64,000 nucleotides of DNA, from contig NW_024704768.1 in NCBI RefSeq assembly GCF_018977255.1, positions 248,001-312,000 of the forward strand, written 5' to 3'. How positions within the stretch are numbered: the first letter of the stretch is position 1; each line of letters starts with the position of its first letter. A model generated the notes under the pieces. That model was not told the origin of the DNA. It worked only from the letters and a program-made list of their open reading frames with translations, and searched no databases. The translations under genes were made by a program, and so were the position numbers. Source of the stretch: Callorhinchus milii. Its lineage: Eukaryota. Shown one piece after another: positions 1 through 13,249 of this stretch.

Positions 1-107
1 TTCAGCAAATATTGACTGTTTCTCTATTCTGTTCCTATTATCAGTGTTGCCTTACACTGAGTAAGCGAGTGACACTGCGTAAGCAAGTGAGTGCATGCAT
101 GGTATAT

Positions 108-250
108 GAGTGAGTGAGTGGCCGAGTGAGTGAGTGGCCGAGTGAGTGAGTGGCCGAGTGAGTGAGTGGCCGAGTGAGTGAGTGGCCGAGTGAGTGAGTG
201 GCCGAGTGAGTGAGTGGCCGAGTGAGTGAGTGAGTGAGTACTTGAGTGAG
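108..250 (+). repeat. 16-bp tandem repeat (GAGTGAGTGAGTGGCC)n
   Basis: About 7 direct copies grading into (GAGT)n. Confidence 0.9.
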
Positions 251-1809
251 TGTTGTTCACAGTCCAGGCTATCGTTCCAGTGCAGTTCTTGGTGCCCGGC
301 TGCATTGTCAGAGGTGCTGTCCTTCACATGAGATGTTAAACCCAGATCCCGTTTGCCTGTTAAGGTGAATGTTACTTTCCTGTGACAGTACAGAGCAGAC
401 TTACTTGGTTGATACCAGGAATCAGAGGCTTTACTTATGAGGAAAGACTAAAGAAACACAAACATAAAGCAGGGTTGAAGCAGAAACCATACAGAATGGG
501 AGTCCTCACTTCTCAGGTTGTTTTCAGTTTATCAGATGAGCTCAGTTAGTGCTCACACCTCAGGGTCACAAGGTTATGGGTTACAGCCCCACTCTGACCT
601 CACAGTGTGGGAGCTCCCCACAGCCCGATACCTACCCGTAGGAGTCCTGTGCTGTCAGAGATCCTGTACTGTGAGACAAGACGTCAAACGGGGCTGCCGT
701 CTCCTGTTCAGGTAAAGGGGGTCCTGGCCAACAATCATCCACATTAATCAGTCATTTTCCTACCATGTGACTGTCTACGGGACCTTACTAGCTGAGAACA
801 CCTGCTATGTTTGACTGGACTTTGTCAGTGAAGAATTGTGAGATGAGGTAAGGCAGGAATTATACACAAAAACAAATAACATTTGTACAGCACCTTTCAC
901 ATCAGGATGATGTCCCAAGGTGCTGGACAGTCAGGGATCTGCACCTGAGCTGGTGGTTGGGATCAGGAGGGGTAGAGGGCATGAAGGGTATGGATAGGAG
1001 GGTGACTGAAGGCACGGTCAAAGAGGGTCTTGAGATGGGTCTTGAAGAAGGCAAGGGAGCAGGCGAGGCGGAGGGACTGTAGGATGGCGGTCCAGAAGGG
1101 CTGAAGGCCCACCCAACCATTGGTGGGGCAGGCAAGGCGGGCGATGTGAACCTGGCCGGAGCTCACTGATTCATCCAGAGCACACACACACAATCCAGAG
1201 CATTGAGTTTCATGCCTACCCTCCCTCCCAGACCATGATAATTATTAGGGGAGGACACTTTGCAGGGCTATGGGGAGAGAGTGGGGGAAATTTGGAAGCT
1301 CTTTTCAAACACCCAGCACAGACACGATGGGCCGAATGGCCTCTGCATGGACTGTATAATTCTGTGATTCTATGACTCACAGTGTTGGGGACAGAAGCCT
1401 TGCAGACCCACTGCTCCCCACCACCACCAGCAGCAGGATAGAAGGAGAGAGGAACGAGCAGGAAACCCGCCGAGGATGCTGAAAAACTTTTGTTTAAACT
1501 TTCTGAACCCCACCCACGCTCCTGAGCCACGCGGAATTCAGGTCAGGATGTTGCAGAATCATCCATTATTTTTTTTTAAACATTCCTCTAATATAAACCA
1601 TCACTTTACATAGCAGCCCATCAGATTTGATACTCACTCATACAGAGCAATACAGACAGGTTGGCCCTAAGTTTGACCCCCAGGCTGTGCCCCATTTCAC
1701 TCAAAAATTACACAGTCACTACACTTTACAGTATATTCTGTGAAGTGCATTGAGATGTCTCAATGACATGATAAGGAGCTATATCAAAATGCAAGGATCA
1801 TTATTAAAT

Positions 1810-2540
1810 TGCTCTTCAATATCTATATGCTCCCAATTGGTGACATCATCCATGGACGTATGCAGATGACACCCAACTGTACCTCTCTGCCTCCACCCTT
1901 GACTCCAAGATCCTCTGCTGTGCTGACAGTATGTCTGTCAGACATCAAGCCCTGGATGAGAGCTAACTTTCTTCAGTTGAACGTCAACCAGACTGAGGCT
2001 CCTGATTGTCTCCCATCAGCACGTCCTCACCTCAGGCGCTGACAGCATCACCATCCATGGCTGCTCACTCCACCTTGCTAAGCCAGTCCCGAACCTTGGG
2101 TCTTGTTTGGCCCTCAACGATCCTTTCTACCCCACATCTGTGTCATGACCTGCTCTGCCCTCCCCCACCTCCGCAACCTCGCCGGGCTCTGCCACTGTCT
2201 CACACCGCAGGCCGCCGAAACCCTCATACACGCCTTCATTACATCGAGGCTCAACTATGCAAACTCACCGCTTGTCGGCCTCCCCAATTCCTCCCTCCAC
2301 AGGCTGCAGAACATCCAGAACTCTGCAGCTCATGTCCTCTCCTGCACGAGGCTCCGTGACCCTATCGCTCTCATCCTCGCCCGACTACACTGGCTTCCCA
2401 TCACACAGAGGGTAGAGTTCAAGATCCTGGTCCGCACCTACAAAGCCCTCCATGGCCTTACTCCCACCTACCTCTGTGACCTCCTAACCCACCAACCGGC
2501 CTGCTCCCTCTACTCAGCAGGCTGCAGCCTGCTTCTTCTT
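1810..2540 (+). mobile_element. L2 LINE ORF2 fragment
   Basis: Degenerate RT/C-terminal peptides (LSDIKPWMRANFLQLN, HAFITSRLNYANS, LHWLPI..RVEFKIL). Confidence 0.88.
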
Positions 2541-4566
2541 GTTGCTAATCTCAGGCAGAATAGCGTTTGGTTAGAGGAGGGGTAACATCAACCGGGCTTC
2601 CTGCTGCGGATCCCAGTTCCGTGACTCCTTCCTCTCACCCCTTGTTGGAAGGTGACAACATGGACATTGAGTGATGGCAGAATGAGGCTCGGAATTGACA
2701 CCCTGTGTGCGAATGGTCTGACAACACTTACCATTTGCTCTTTCACACACTATCCTGCAATCCCCCCTGCCCCCCACACACCTTCCTTCCTAATTAAATA
2801 CCTAACAAGAGTTCAAATCAATCCGACTCCTCATGTTAGCACACGGATTGTTGCAGGAGCAGATTTATCCACGAAACACAAGTCACCACACTTTACAGTG
2901 AATTACGCCTGTAATTTGAGACACACTACCTCAAATTACCTCCTGACCTAAAAAGTGCTGTGTGAAATGTAAGGATTATGATCTGCTGCACATTATTCCA
3001 TGTCAGATAATTCCATCACCACAGATTTAACCTGTTGCCATTTGTTGATTTATTCACATCTGCCTGGTGACTCAGGTAAACAGGCAACAACTAGCATTTA
3101 TATATCACACCCCTCACACGAGGTAGGGGCCCCGAGTGCTTTGCCAGTCTCAATCGCCTACAATTAATTTCGAATCAATCTCAGTAAGCAAACCCTTTTA
3201 GAGATTTTCCCTCCAGCTAAAAGAGCGGCATAAATGCAATCGTCACCGTCTTGAGGCCAGTTATTCAGCCTCTCAATAACTCCAGGTGACGGCTTCTGAT
3301 CTGAACATCAGGAACAAAAACCAAAGGGACAGAGTTTTTGAAAAGCATTTATTTATTGATTTGATATTTTTATGGCAAACTGGAGCATTTGTGCAAATAA
3401 TCTTTACGGCAGGTCATCCAGCCAGTGGCATTGTTCCTTCCTATCATTGATTTCCAGGTTTCAAAGAAAAAAAATCTGTTCCTTATTGAAAGGCCGATCA
3501 GATCATGGTGATTCCATCTCACAGGGCGAAGGGGATGGGAGCGTGCAAGAGAGAGAGAGAGGGAACTTGACAGACCAATTGGACTTTTTTTTTGTTCTGT
3601 GCTTTATGTCTAGCCTGTGCCTGGGGGAAGGTGAACAGATCTTGTTATAGCAAAGCACTCTTGTACGGAGGGAGGGAGGGAGGACACATGCAGTTCTGGG
3701 TGGGAAATAGACAAACAGTGCTGCTGGGTCCTCCCGATGTTAGATTTCATCAGTGACTGAGCTTCATACAAGTAACCAACTGGTTTATACCCATCACATT
3801 ACAGACTACACCTTCCTCAGGACAAAGTGCTCTCCGCTCTCACACAGCAGCCCATGTTCAATAGCAACAGTTAATAACAGCAGAGACAGACGCTCGTTCA
3901 CCGAGCTTGTCCTGTAATCTTGCGCATTGTCCCAATATCGTCCCATCTAGTAAGCAGTGATTATGAGATCTATCGGGGCCAAGGCTACACACAGCCTGAG
4001 CTAGAGCTCAACAGCAACCATAAGCATAAAGCAAGAGGGGTCTGAGTCCTCAGTAAATGGGAGTGGCACCACGGTGTGTGACAGGAGCAGCAGCCACAGA
4101 ACACACACACACACACACACACAGACGCAGAGACAGACATACATACACACACATACACACAGACACAGAGACACACATGGGCAGGAATAAAAACAAGGCA
4201 GTGGCTTCAACTCAGCTCCGGTGAATATCTGAACCTTCAACATGAAGGACAGAAGATCCTGATCTTGAACCAGGCTGTTCTGGACAGTCGACCAAAGGGA
4301 ATGAGATTAAAAGATAAAGTGTAAGAACGTGCTTGATGGGCTGAATGGCCTCCACCTGTTCCCAAGCCAAAGTTGGAAGATCTGAAAGCTGCCTCTGTAT
4401 GAAATGTTCCGACGTGTTCCTGGCTGTGGTGCGCTCAGCTCCTGCCAAACCAGGCAAAGGAAGAGGGGTATTGTGTGGGTCTGTCACCAGGGCCCAGGTG
4501 TAGAATGCCTCAGCCCCTACAGAGCCTGATACGAAGGAGAAAACTACAGGTGAAAGAAAACACGAC

Positions 4567-4785
4567 TCACGGTTTTGGCAGGTTGTCAAAAACATTGTAA
4601 AACATGTCGCCATTCGAGCAATCCGTGGGGTTCCCGCTGGCCACCGAGGTCAGTGCCCCCCTGGGCAGGGCAGAGGCTCGCTGGCCGGTGGCCCCCACAT
4701 CAGCGCCCGTTCCCTCCTCCGCCCGCTGGTGGCTGCTGCCACGTGTCGTCTCCCCAACACCCGCCTGCCCTCGAGGCTTCAGGGC
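4567..4785 (-). CDS. NABP2: NABP2 probable terminal coding exon (divergent low-complexity C-terminus)
   Basis: Acceptor cacag; open phase-0 frame ALKPRGQAGVGETTRG...MFYNVFDNLPKP-TGA. AATAAA on minus strand near 3350. A GTGAGT overlapping the stop could be an alternative donor. Confidence 0.55.
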   Translation of the reverse strand, partial: ALKPRGQAGVGETTRGSSHQRAEEGTGADVGATGQRASALPRGALTSVASGNPTDCSNGDMFYNVFDNLPKP

Positions 4786-4900
4786 CTGTGATTACAAACA
4801 GACAGGGACTCAGCACCGGAGAGACAGAATGAGATAAACAGAGCACTGGACAGACAGGGAATAACTAGCGGTAACCCATCGCCATGGGATGAGGACTTAC

Positions 4901-4982
4901 AGATTTGTTCTGTAACCCAGGAGGCATGTGCTCAGAATTGGGCTCACTGAAGTTCGGCACTTCTGAATACTGCATACAGAAC
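4901..4982 (-). CDS. NABP2: NABP2 coding exon 4
   Basis: FCMQYSEVPNFSEPNSEHMPPGLQNKS; tttcag/gtaagt; 82 nt. Confidence 0.92.
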
Positions 4983-5392
4983 CTGAAAGGAAGCAGACAG
5001 ACCTGAGCAAAAACTGCTGACCCCAGCCACTGTACAATCTAATACAAGCCAACAATAAAAAGGTGAATGAATGTAATAATAATCCTTGCGTTTGATACAG
5101 CGCCTTATCACATCTTCTCGACGTCTCAAAGCGCTTCACAGAATTTACTGTAAAGTGAATTGACTGCATGTATTGTGGGCAAAACGTGGCAGCCAATTGC
5201 GCACAGCAGCATCCCCACAAACAGTCGTTGATTGAGTGACCAAATTATTTTTTTTTAAAAGGAATTAATGTAACAGACATCAAACATGAACAAAAGAAAA
5301 AAGAACATTTAAAGTGCATCACAACTTAGTCAGAATTAAGTCATAAACAGCAGCTATTTGAACCATCAGGTTCCCACAGGAAAAGGAACTTA

Positions 5393-5491
<99 letters not shown>

Positions 5492-5686
5492 TCACACTTG
5501 CATTTGTCAAGTTTTATTCTGGATCTCAGTCAGACAGTGTGTGCATTCATGTGTGGAGGGAGGGGGGAGACAGAGTGAAATGACCAGAGAATTACATCAA
5601 TTATTACAGCATAGCAACATTCAGCCCAACTAGTCTGTGCTGCAAGCAACTTGACCAGACTGAGTGAGACTCAACCACCTGTGCAC

Positions 5687-6255
5687 AACCGGCTCCATGG
5701 TGACATGCCTAGCAACTGAATGTTGGAATCCAGCCAGCCCTCTGTCAGGTTTCGGTAGTCCGGTTCCTGAGCCAGGCAGGTCCGCAGGATTCCAGGGCAA
5801 TGTTGATGACAGCACAGCCAGCCTGGCTCATCGGCAGGACCTAAAACCCAGCAGACCTGTTACTGGAGGCAGGGAGTCATCCCACTCAGCTCCTGTTAAC
5901 CCTGCAAGCCAAAGCCCTTAACGGGTAGGATGGTCCTGGCTGGACAAGCAGTGGGAAAGCTTGCCAGACAGCAATATCAATGGCAAGCTATGTGGATTTA
6001 GCTGGTTTGGTTCCAGCACTTACCGCAACACACCCTGGGCTCCCCAAGCCTTGGCTCTTGCCAACCTGTGCCTAATATTTTCTGGAATTCTGGAATGCGT
6101 CCCTCCAGGGAGAGAGAGCGCATCCCATTCCAACAATCTATCTCTGGGATTTCCATGCATAGGTGGGATGCATGGAATTCTCAGTTTGGTTTGGATGCTC
6201 TTAAGCAACAGTGAAGGGTTTCCATATGTCAGACACCCGGCTGACCACAAAATAA
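5687..6255 (+). repeat. Unclassified interspersed repeat (copies also at 25400-25680, 26620-26800, 60575-61112)
   Basis: Colinear similarity between copies, e.g. ATCCAGCCAGCCCTCTGT, GAGTCATCCCACTCAGCTCC, GAAAGCTTGCCAG, GTCAGACACCCGGCTGA. Confidence 0.8.
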
Positions 6256-6415
6256 CCACCACCACCTCTGAGTTTTACCTCTGAAGAGGTTGAAATTTGG
6301 TCGTAGTCTCCATTGCAATGATCAATTGCTTTGATGATACCATGAGGACACAGATCACAAGGATATCCAGACAAGCCTTGTTCTGGCTGTACTCCAGTCT
6401 AAATATAGCGACTCA

Positions 6416-6652
<237 letters not shown>

Positions 6653-6949
6653 TCAAGGGTATCTGACACTCAAAATAAACACACAGCGCCTCCTTCTATT
6701 TGTGCATTAGTGAACAGAAAGATTTACTCTAAATATGGCCAATAACACTTAAACACAAATGTTATTCTTGCAAACCACCCATCACTTAGGACTCAATGTA
6801 AAAAGATACACTTAAATTCATTTTTAAACCATTTAAACATCAGCTGTTGAATAATTAGTCTTTCCTCACAATCCACAACAGGCTGCGTATGTAACCTAGG
6901 AATGGCCCAATAATCAGTCCAGCCAGTCACATCTTCAAATCCCATCTCT

Positions 6950-7680
6950 CCTCGCATTACTACCCCTTAATGGCTGGACTATGGGAACTCTCTCCTCGCC
7001 GGTCTTCCCGGCCCTCCCTCCACACTGCAGGTCATTCAGAACTCTGCAGCTCGTGTACTGTCCCGCACCAGACACCGCGCCCACATCACTCCCACCCTCG
7101 CCCTCGCCCTCGCCCTCACCCTCGTCCTCACCCTCACCCTCACCCTCGTCCTCACCCTCGCCCTCGCCCTCCTCCACTGCTCCCCATTCCCCAGAGGGTC
7201 GCATTCAAGATCCTCATCCTCACCTACAAGGCCATTCACGGCCTCGCTCCCTCCTACCTCTCCGACCTACTGTCCCCCTACGTACCTGCCCGTACCCTCC
7301 GTTCCTCTGGCTCCCGTCTGCTCCACATCCCCCGCCCCAACCGCCCGACCATCGGTGGCCTTCAGCCTCTCAGCCCCGAGGCTCTGGAACTCTATCCCCA
7401 GTGACTTCGCCACTTCCTCGCTTTCTTCCTTCAAGGCCGGTCTCAAGACCTTTCTCTTTGACCTTCAGCCTTCAGCTCCACTCTCGACTCTCTACCCCCT
7501 CCTCGCTCCCTCCCTTCCCTCCCCTCACCCTGACCATTCCCCCACTCCTCGCTCCCTCCCTCTCCTCCCCCTGACCATTTCCCCCCAATGCTCGGGTCCT
7601 GACCCAACTGTACAGCGCCTTGGGACGTCCTCCCGACGTGAAAGGCACTCTATAAATGGAATCTTGTTGTTGTTAATCAT
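6950..7680 (+). mobile_element. L2 LINE 3' fragment with tail
   Basis: QRVAFKILILTYKAIHGLAPSYLSDLL; 3' end GGGACGTCCTCCCGACGTGAAAGGC...(TTG)n. Confidence 0.9.
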
Positions 7681-7814
7681 AACGATTCATCCCTCTTGAA
7701 ACTGCCCACATTGACACTGTTCCACATGTCTACCCTCCCTGTAATGTAATGTAATGTAACTGAATTTCAATCTATCCTCTCACCTTGGAGTTTGAGATTA
7801 AGGAACTGTTCTTG

Positions 7815-8885
7815 TGCGTTGTTCATCAGGGCTCTGTCCTTGGTCCCCTCCTCTTCGTTATCTAAATGCTCCTTCTTGACATCATCCGCAGACATGGGGT
7901 CAACTTCCACATGTATACGGATGACACCCAAATGTATCCCTCTGCCTTCACCCTTGACTCGAGGACTACTGCTGTCCTGACAGAATGTCTGTCAGACATC
8001 AAGTCCTGGATGAGAGTTAATTTTCTTTGGCTGAATGTCAACGAGACCAAGGCTCTTTTGATTGACTCATGTCAGAACCTCCTCGCCTCAAGTGCGGACA
8101 GCACCACCATCCATGGCTGCTCACTCCACCTTGCTAAGCCAGTCTGGAACCTTGGGGTCTTGTTTGATCCTCAACTATCCTTTCTACCCCACATCTGTGC
8201 CATGACCCGCTATTTCTTCCCCCATCTCCATAACATCACCCGGCTCCGCCACTGTCCCACACCGCAGGCCGCCAAAACCCTCATACACGCATTCATAACA
8301 TCAAGGCTTAACTAAGCAAACTCTTTGACTTGTCGGCCTCCCCAATTCCTCCCTTCACAGGCTGCAGATCATCCAGAACTCTGCAGCCCGTGTCCTCTCC
8401 TGCACCAGGCTCCGCAACCCTATCACCCCACTCTCGCCCGACTCCACTGGCTTCCCATCACAGAGGATACAGTTCAAGATCCTGGTCCTCACCTTTAAAG
8501 CCCTCCATGGCCTCACTCCCCCTTATCTCTGCGATCTCCTAAACCCCTACCATCCTGCCTGCTCCCTCCGCTCAGCGGGCTCCGTCCTGTTTCATATTCC
8601 CCACCTCACCCACCCCACCATTTGTGGGCAGGCCTTCTCCCACTTTTCACCCACCCTCAGGAACTCCATCCCGCAGTCCCTCGTCCTCTCCCCCTCCTTT
8701 GCCTCCTGCAAGACCCATCTCAAGACCCTCCTCTTCATCTGTGCTTTCAATCACCCTCCTTCCCCTCCTGCGCTCCACCCTCCCGAATCCCAACGCGCAG
8801 CTCGGGTCTGAAACACTGACTGTCAAGCATTTTGGGACGTGCTCCTGGCGTGAAAGGCGCTATACAAATGTAATTTTGTTGTTGT
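7815..8885 (+). mobile_element. L2 LINE RT-to-3' fragment
   Basis: HGVNFHMYTDDTQMY (YxDD motif); L2 tail. Confidence 0.9.
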
Positions 8886-8939
8886 TCCTTTTTACAGGTT
8901 AATTAACAACTGATAGTAAAGCAACAGCTTGATATTGAG

Positions 8940-9130
8940 AAGTCGCTGGGAACCCTCAGCAGGTCAGGCAGCATCTATGGAGAAAGGAAAGTGAGTCAAC
9001 GTTTCGGGTTCACGACCCTTCATCAAAACTGGGTCGTGGACCCGAAACGTTGACTCACGTTCTCTCTCCATAGATGCTGCCTGACCTGCTGAGTGTGTGC
9101 TCAGTGATTTCCAGCATCTGCAGTATTTTA
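8940..9130. mobile_element. Penelope-type inverted-repeat remnant with hammerhead-like core
   Basis: Inverted arms CTCAGCAGGTCAGGCAGCATCTATGGAGA / TCTCCATAGATGCTGCCTGACCTGCTGAG; minus strand TTGATGA-AGGGT..ACCC-GAAACGTT. Confidence 0.7.
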
Positions 9131-9143
9131 CGTTTAGCCGACA

Positions 9144-9340
9144 CTGGGGATGGTCCAACCTTTTGGCTACTGAGGGCCTGATGCCCTAATTGAAAAATGT
9201 CCGCGGGCCACATAAGCAATACTTTTGTGTTTCCCTTCCAGAAACATAACATTTTACGGGTTATGGGAGGAGCGGGTGGACCAAATGAAATGGTGAGATG
9301 GGAGGGACGCGGCCCGCGGGCCGCCGGTTGGACCACGCTG
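9144..9340. mobile_element. hAT-like MITE
   Basis: Terminal inverted TGGTCCAACC (9151-9160) and GGTTGGACCA (9326-9335); subterminal GCGGGCC/GGCCCGC motifs typical of hAT non-autonomous elements. Confidence 0.6.
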
Positions 9341-9456
9341 CAGTGATGGGTAAAACAATAAATACAACATTATACGGCGCCCCTCACGCAGGGAAGCGGC
9401 TCTCAGAGCGTTTAATTCCTTAACAACAAGGTGTGCCTCTGACAGGCGCCTTATCA

Positions 9457-10085
<629 letters not shown>

Positions 10086-11050
10086 CACCTGTGTTCACCT
10101 GCAATAATTTATTTAATTCGTATAATAATATATGATAATAATAATCCTTGCATATAGCGCTTTATCAGATCTTTGAGGCATCTCAAAGCAATTCACGGAA
10201 TATAAGACGAAGTGTAGTGATTGTCTATCTTCTGGACAAAATGCGGCAGCCAATTGCGCACAGCAGCGTCCCCACAAACAGCCGTGGGTTGAGTGACTAA
10301 TTATTATTATTTAATATAGCACTTTGTACTTTACATGGAATTCACCCACAGTCACTACACTATTACAGAATACCCTGTGGACCGTCTCATGCGATGTTCC
10401 TCAGGGCTCTGTCCTTCACCCCTCCTCTTCAACATCTATATGCTCCCTCTTGGTGATGTCATCCGCAGACATGGGGTCAACTTCCAAGTTGTTGTTGTTC
10501 TCCTGACGTGAAAGGTGCTTTACAAATGTAATTTTGTTGCTGTTGAAAAGCTTTGAGGCATCCTCCTGTTGCAAAAGGTGCTGGGTCATGTATTTGATCA
10601 CCATCTCATCAATTCACCAAATAATTGAGGACAGGATAGTTTTGACTGATCCATATCAATAAGTGCTCTTCCCACCACCCAAAGCTGCCTTATTGGGTTA
10701 TTACAGCAACATAATAATACGCCTAATAATAATCCCTCCAAAACCAAAAACAATAATAAATTGGTCATTTTCAATCTACGACTGTTTGTGGGACATTGCT
10801 GTGCGCAATTGGCTGCCGCGTTCGCCCACAAATATACAGTCAATTCACTTTACAGTATATTCTGTGAAGCGCTTTGGGACGTCCTCCCGACGTGAAAAGC
10901 GCTATATCAAATGCAAGGATTATAACATATGGCAGCACCCCACCACTCTATGCTTAGTACAATTAAACCTTATTAGTACAATTGAACCTTACATTGTTTC
11001 TTATTGATCCCAATGGGTTTGTTTCCCTTTTTGCACGCAGAGACGTATAA

Positions 11051-11440
11051 GAGTCCTTTAGCTCAGCGGTAGAGCAGTCGCCTTCGAAGCGAGAGGATCC
11101 GGGTTCAATGTCCGGGCAGGGCAAAAGGTTTCCTTACTCCACACGCCTCTGTTCACCTAGCAGTAAGTAGGAACCCAGTTGTTAGTCGATTGACGGATCA
11201 CTTTTCTGGGGGTAATAATCACTTACATTTTTTTAAAAAAATTTGGTCACTCAATCCACGATCATTTGTGGGACACTGCTGTGCACAATTTGCTGCCATG
11301 CTTCGTCCACAAAATACAGAGTCAATTCACTTTACAGTATAAAAGTGGATTTATATTTACAGTATACATGTTGTGAAGCGTGTTGAGAAGTCTTGACGAT
11401 GTGATAAAGTGCAATATCAAATACAAGAATTATTATTATT
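11051..11440 (+). mobile_element. tRNA-derived SINE, older subfamily
   Basis: Same head, core and tail. Further copies at ~16495-16860, 18160-18540, 53069-53432, 47265-47532(-), 62830-63125(-). Confidence 0.85.
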
Positions 11441-12479
11441 TATCATGATATTATTATAACTCAACCCCTTCAACAGGTTCCTGTCAGGGAACTGGAGTAA
11501 TTGAATCACCTCTAGGGGGAATAATTGCTCCTGATCCTGTTTCCATTGTTATTGTCGATTAGCAAAACAATTTTCTATTCAATTTCTAAGAAGTGTAACA
11601 AAAGAAAAATGACTTGATGCCAAATTTCATAATGTAACCCAAGAAATAATCAAGATTGCATCCTTGCCTCTCCGTCAGAAGTAGTGGATTAAAGCCCCAC
11701 ATCAGACTCTTGAATAGTCAAGGCTGAAACTCCAGTGCAAGATTCCTTTCTTTGGATGGGACATTAAGATGTCTCACCTCTCACCAGAATCGCAATACAC
11801 ACAGACAGGGAAATGAGCCATTAACTTTAATGTAATTGTAATAAAATAATAAAATTGGAATTGAGGTACAAATCAGCCATGAATGACGTAACAGGCTTGA
11901 GGGACTGAATGGCCTATTCCTGTTCCTATCTGAAAGGTAATAATAATAATTCTTGTATTTCATATAGCGCCTTATCATGTCTTCGAAACGTCTCAAAATA
12001 TACTGTAAAAGTGAGTTGACTGTATATTTTAGGGGCAAAACTCAAGCCAATTGCGCACAGCAGCGTCCCACAAACAGTTGTGGGCAGAAGTAACCAAATT
12101 ATTATTACTAATATTATTTTTAAGGGATTATTTTAAGGGAAAGGTGCTGCAGAGATGCATTTAGTTGAAAGTGGTACGATAAAAAATAACCCTTGCATTT
12201 GATACAGCCGCGCCTTATCAAGTTATCACTGGATTTACTGCGAGCAGTAGGTACGTGATTGCGTATCTCTAGGCGGTTGAGGAGAGTGTAAACATTGACC
12301 CAAGAGGTCTTCTGCTAGACCAGAGTCTACGCTGTGCACATATGGCTGCCGCGTTTCGCCCACAATATATACAGTCAATTCGCTTTACAGTGTATCCTGT
12401 GAAGCGCTTTGAGACGTCTCGGAGACGTGATGAAGCGCTGTGTCAGATGCACAGATTGTTATGGTGTTGGAGGGAGCAG

Positions 12480-13086
12480 AGAGTGGCTGTGATTGACAGC
12501 TGACAGTATGATGTAATCCTCCAGCTCCTGGACAGTCACCTCCCACGCCTCAGGAGTGGCTGGATTACATGTCAATCAAAGTACATTCCCCGCCCCCTAG
12601 TCCCACCTCCGGTTGCCACGGAGACCTTCGATGTCTTCAGAATTCAGGGCGGAGCCCCCGTGAGGCACACACACAATACGATTGGTCCACCAGAATATCA
12701 GTCACCCACCAGAGCAGGCTTTCAATTGGTGCAGCGGATGTCAGTCACGCCTCCGCCAGACTATCCCAATTATGATTGGTTGATTCCTGTGTCAATCCTC
12801 TTTATGGGCGGGGTCTATGCCGTCCTTGCCGGTGATTAGCCTTCGGTCTTTTCAACGGAATGTGGGCGGGATCGCGACGGGAAGTACGACAATGCTATTG
12901 GTACTAGTGGGTTGTCAATCACTTCCAGGGCTAGTTTGGAGATTCTTGATTGGTTAAAATTCTAGTCAATCATCGTAGGATACGCGCCGTTTCCGTTTCC
13001 GCTCGGTTAGGGGGCGGAATTCAGTGTTTTTTTCCTCCCTTTTGCACTGTGAGGAGCCGCGGCCTGTGGGGCCGTCGCCGAACCCG
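12480..13086 (+). promoter_or_regulatory. RNF41: RNF41 CpG promoter and non-coding first exon
   Basis: Multiple ATTGG (NF-Y) and TGTCAATCA motifs, GC boxes, ETS-like GGAAGT; donor CCG/GTAAGT after 13086. Confidence 0.75.
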
Positions 13087-13249
13087 GTAAGTGTGTCCGT
13101 GTGACAGGCGCTGCTCTCGGGTGTCACCTGAGGCCAGGCGGGCGCTGTCTCCCCATCTACCCCCGAGACCATCAGGAAAGACCGAGGTCTGTGGTTGGGC
13201 CTGGTTTACAATGGCTCATAGCTTGTGCTGTGGGTGAGAGATGGGAGTG

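Noticed and set aside
1381-1566. ATG-GAT-GAT...TGA...open frame as a possible selenoprotein
   Set aside because: No recognisable selenoprotein motif or SECIS visible; a chance in-frame TGA is more likely.
4510-4525. Extra NABP2 micro-exon (PLCRG-stop) after the GTGAGT at 4570
   Set aside because: It would need a 45-nt intron, below the usual vertebrate minimum; read-through to TGA is simpler.
11051-11125. tRNA-like sequences (also 31319, 53069, 63050-63125)
   Set aside because: A/B boxes are present, but there is no closing acceptor stem and they run into the SINE body; these are SINE heads, not tRNA genes.
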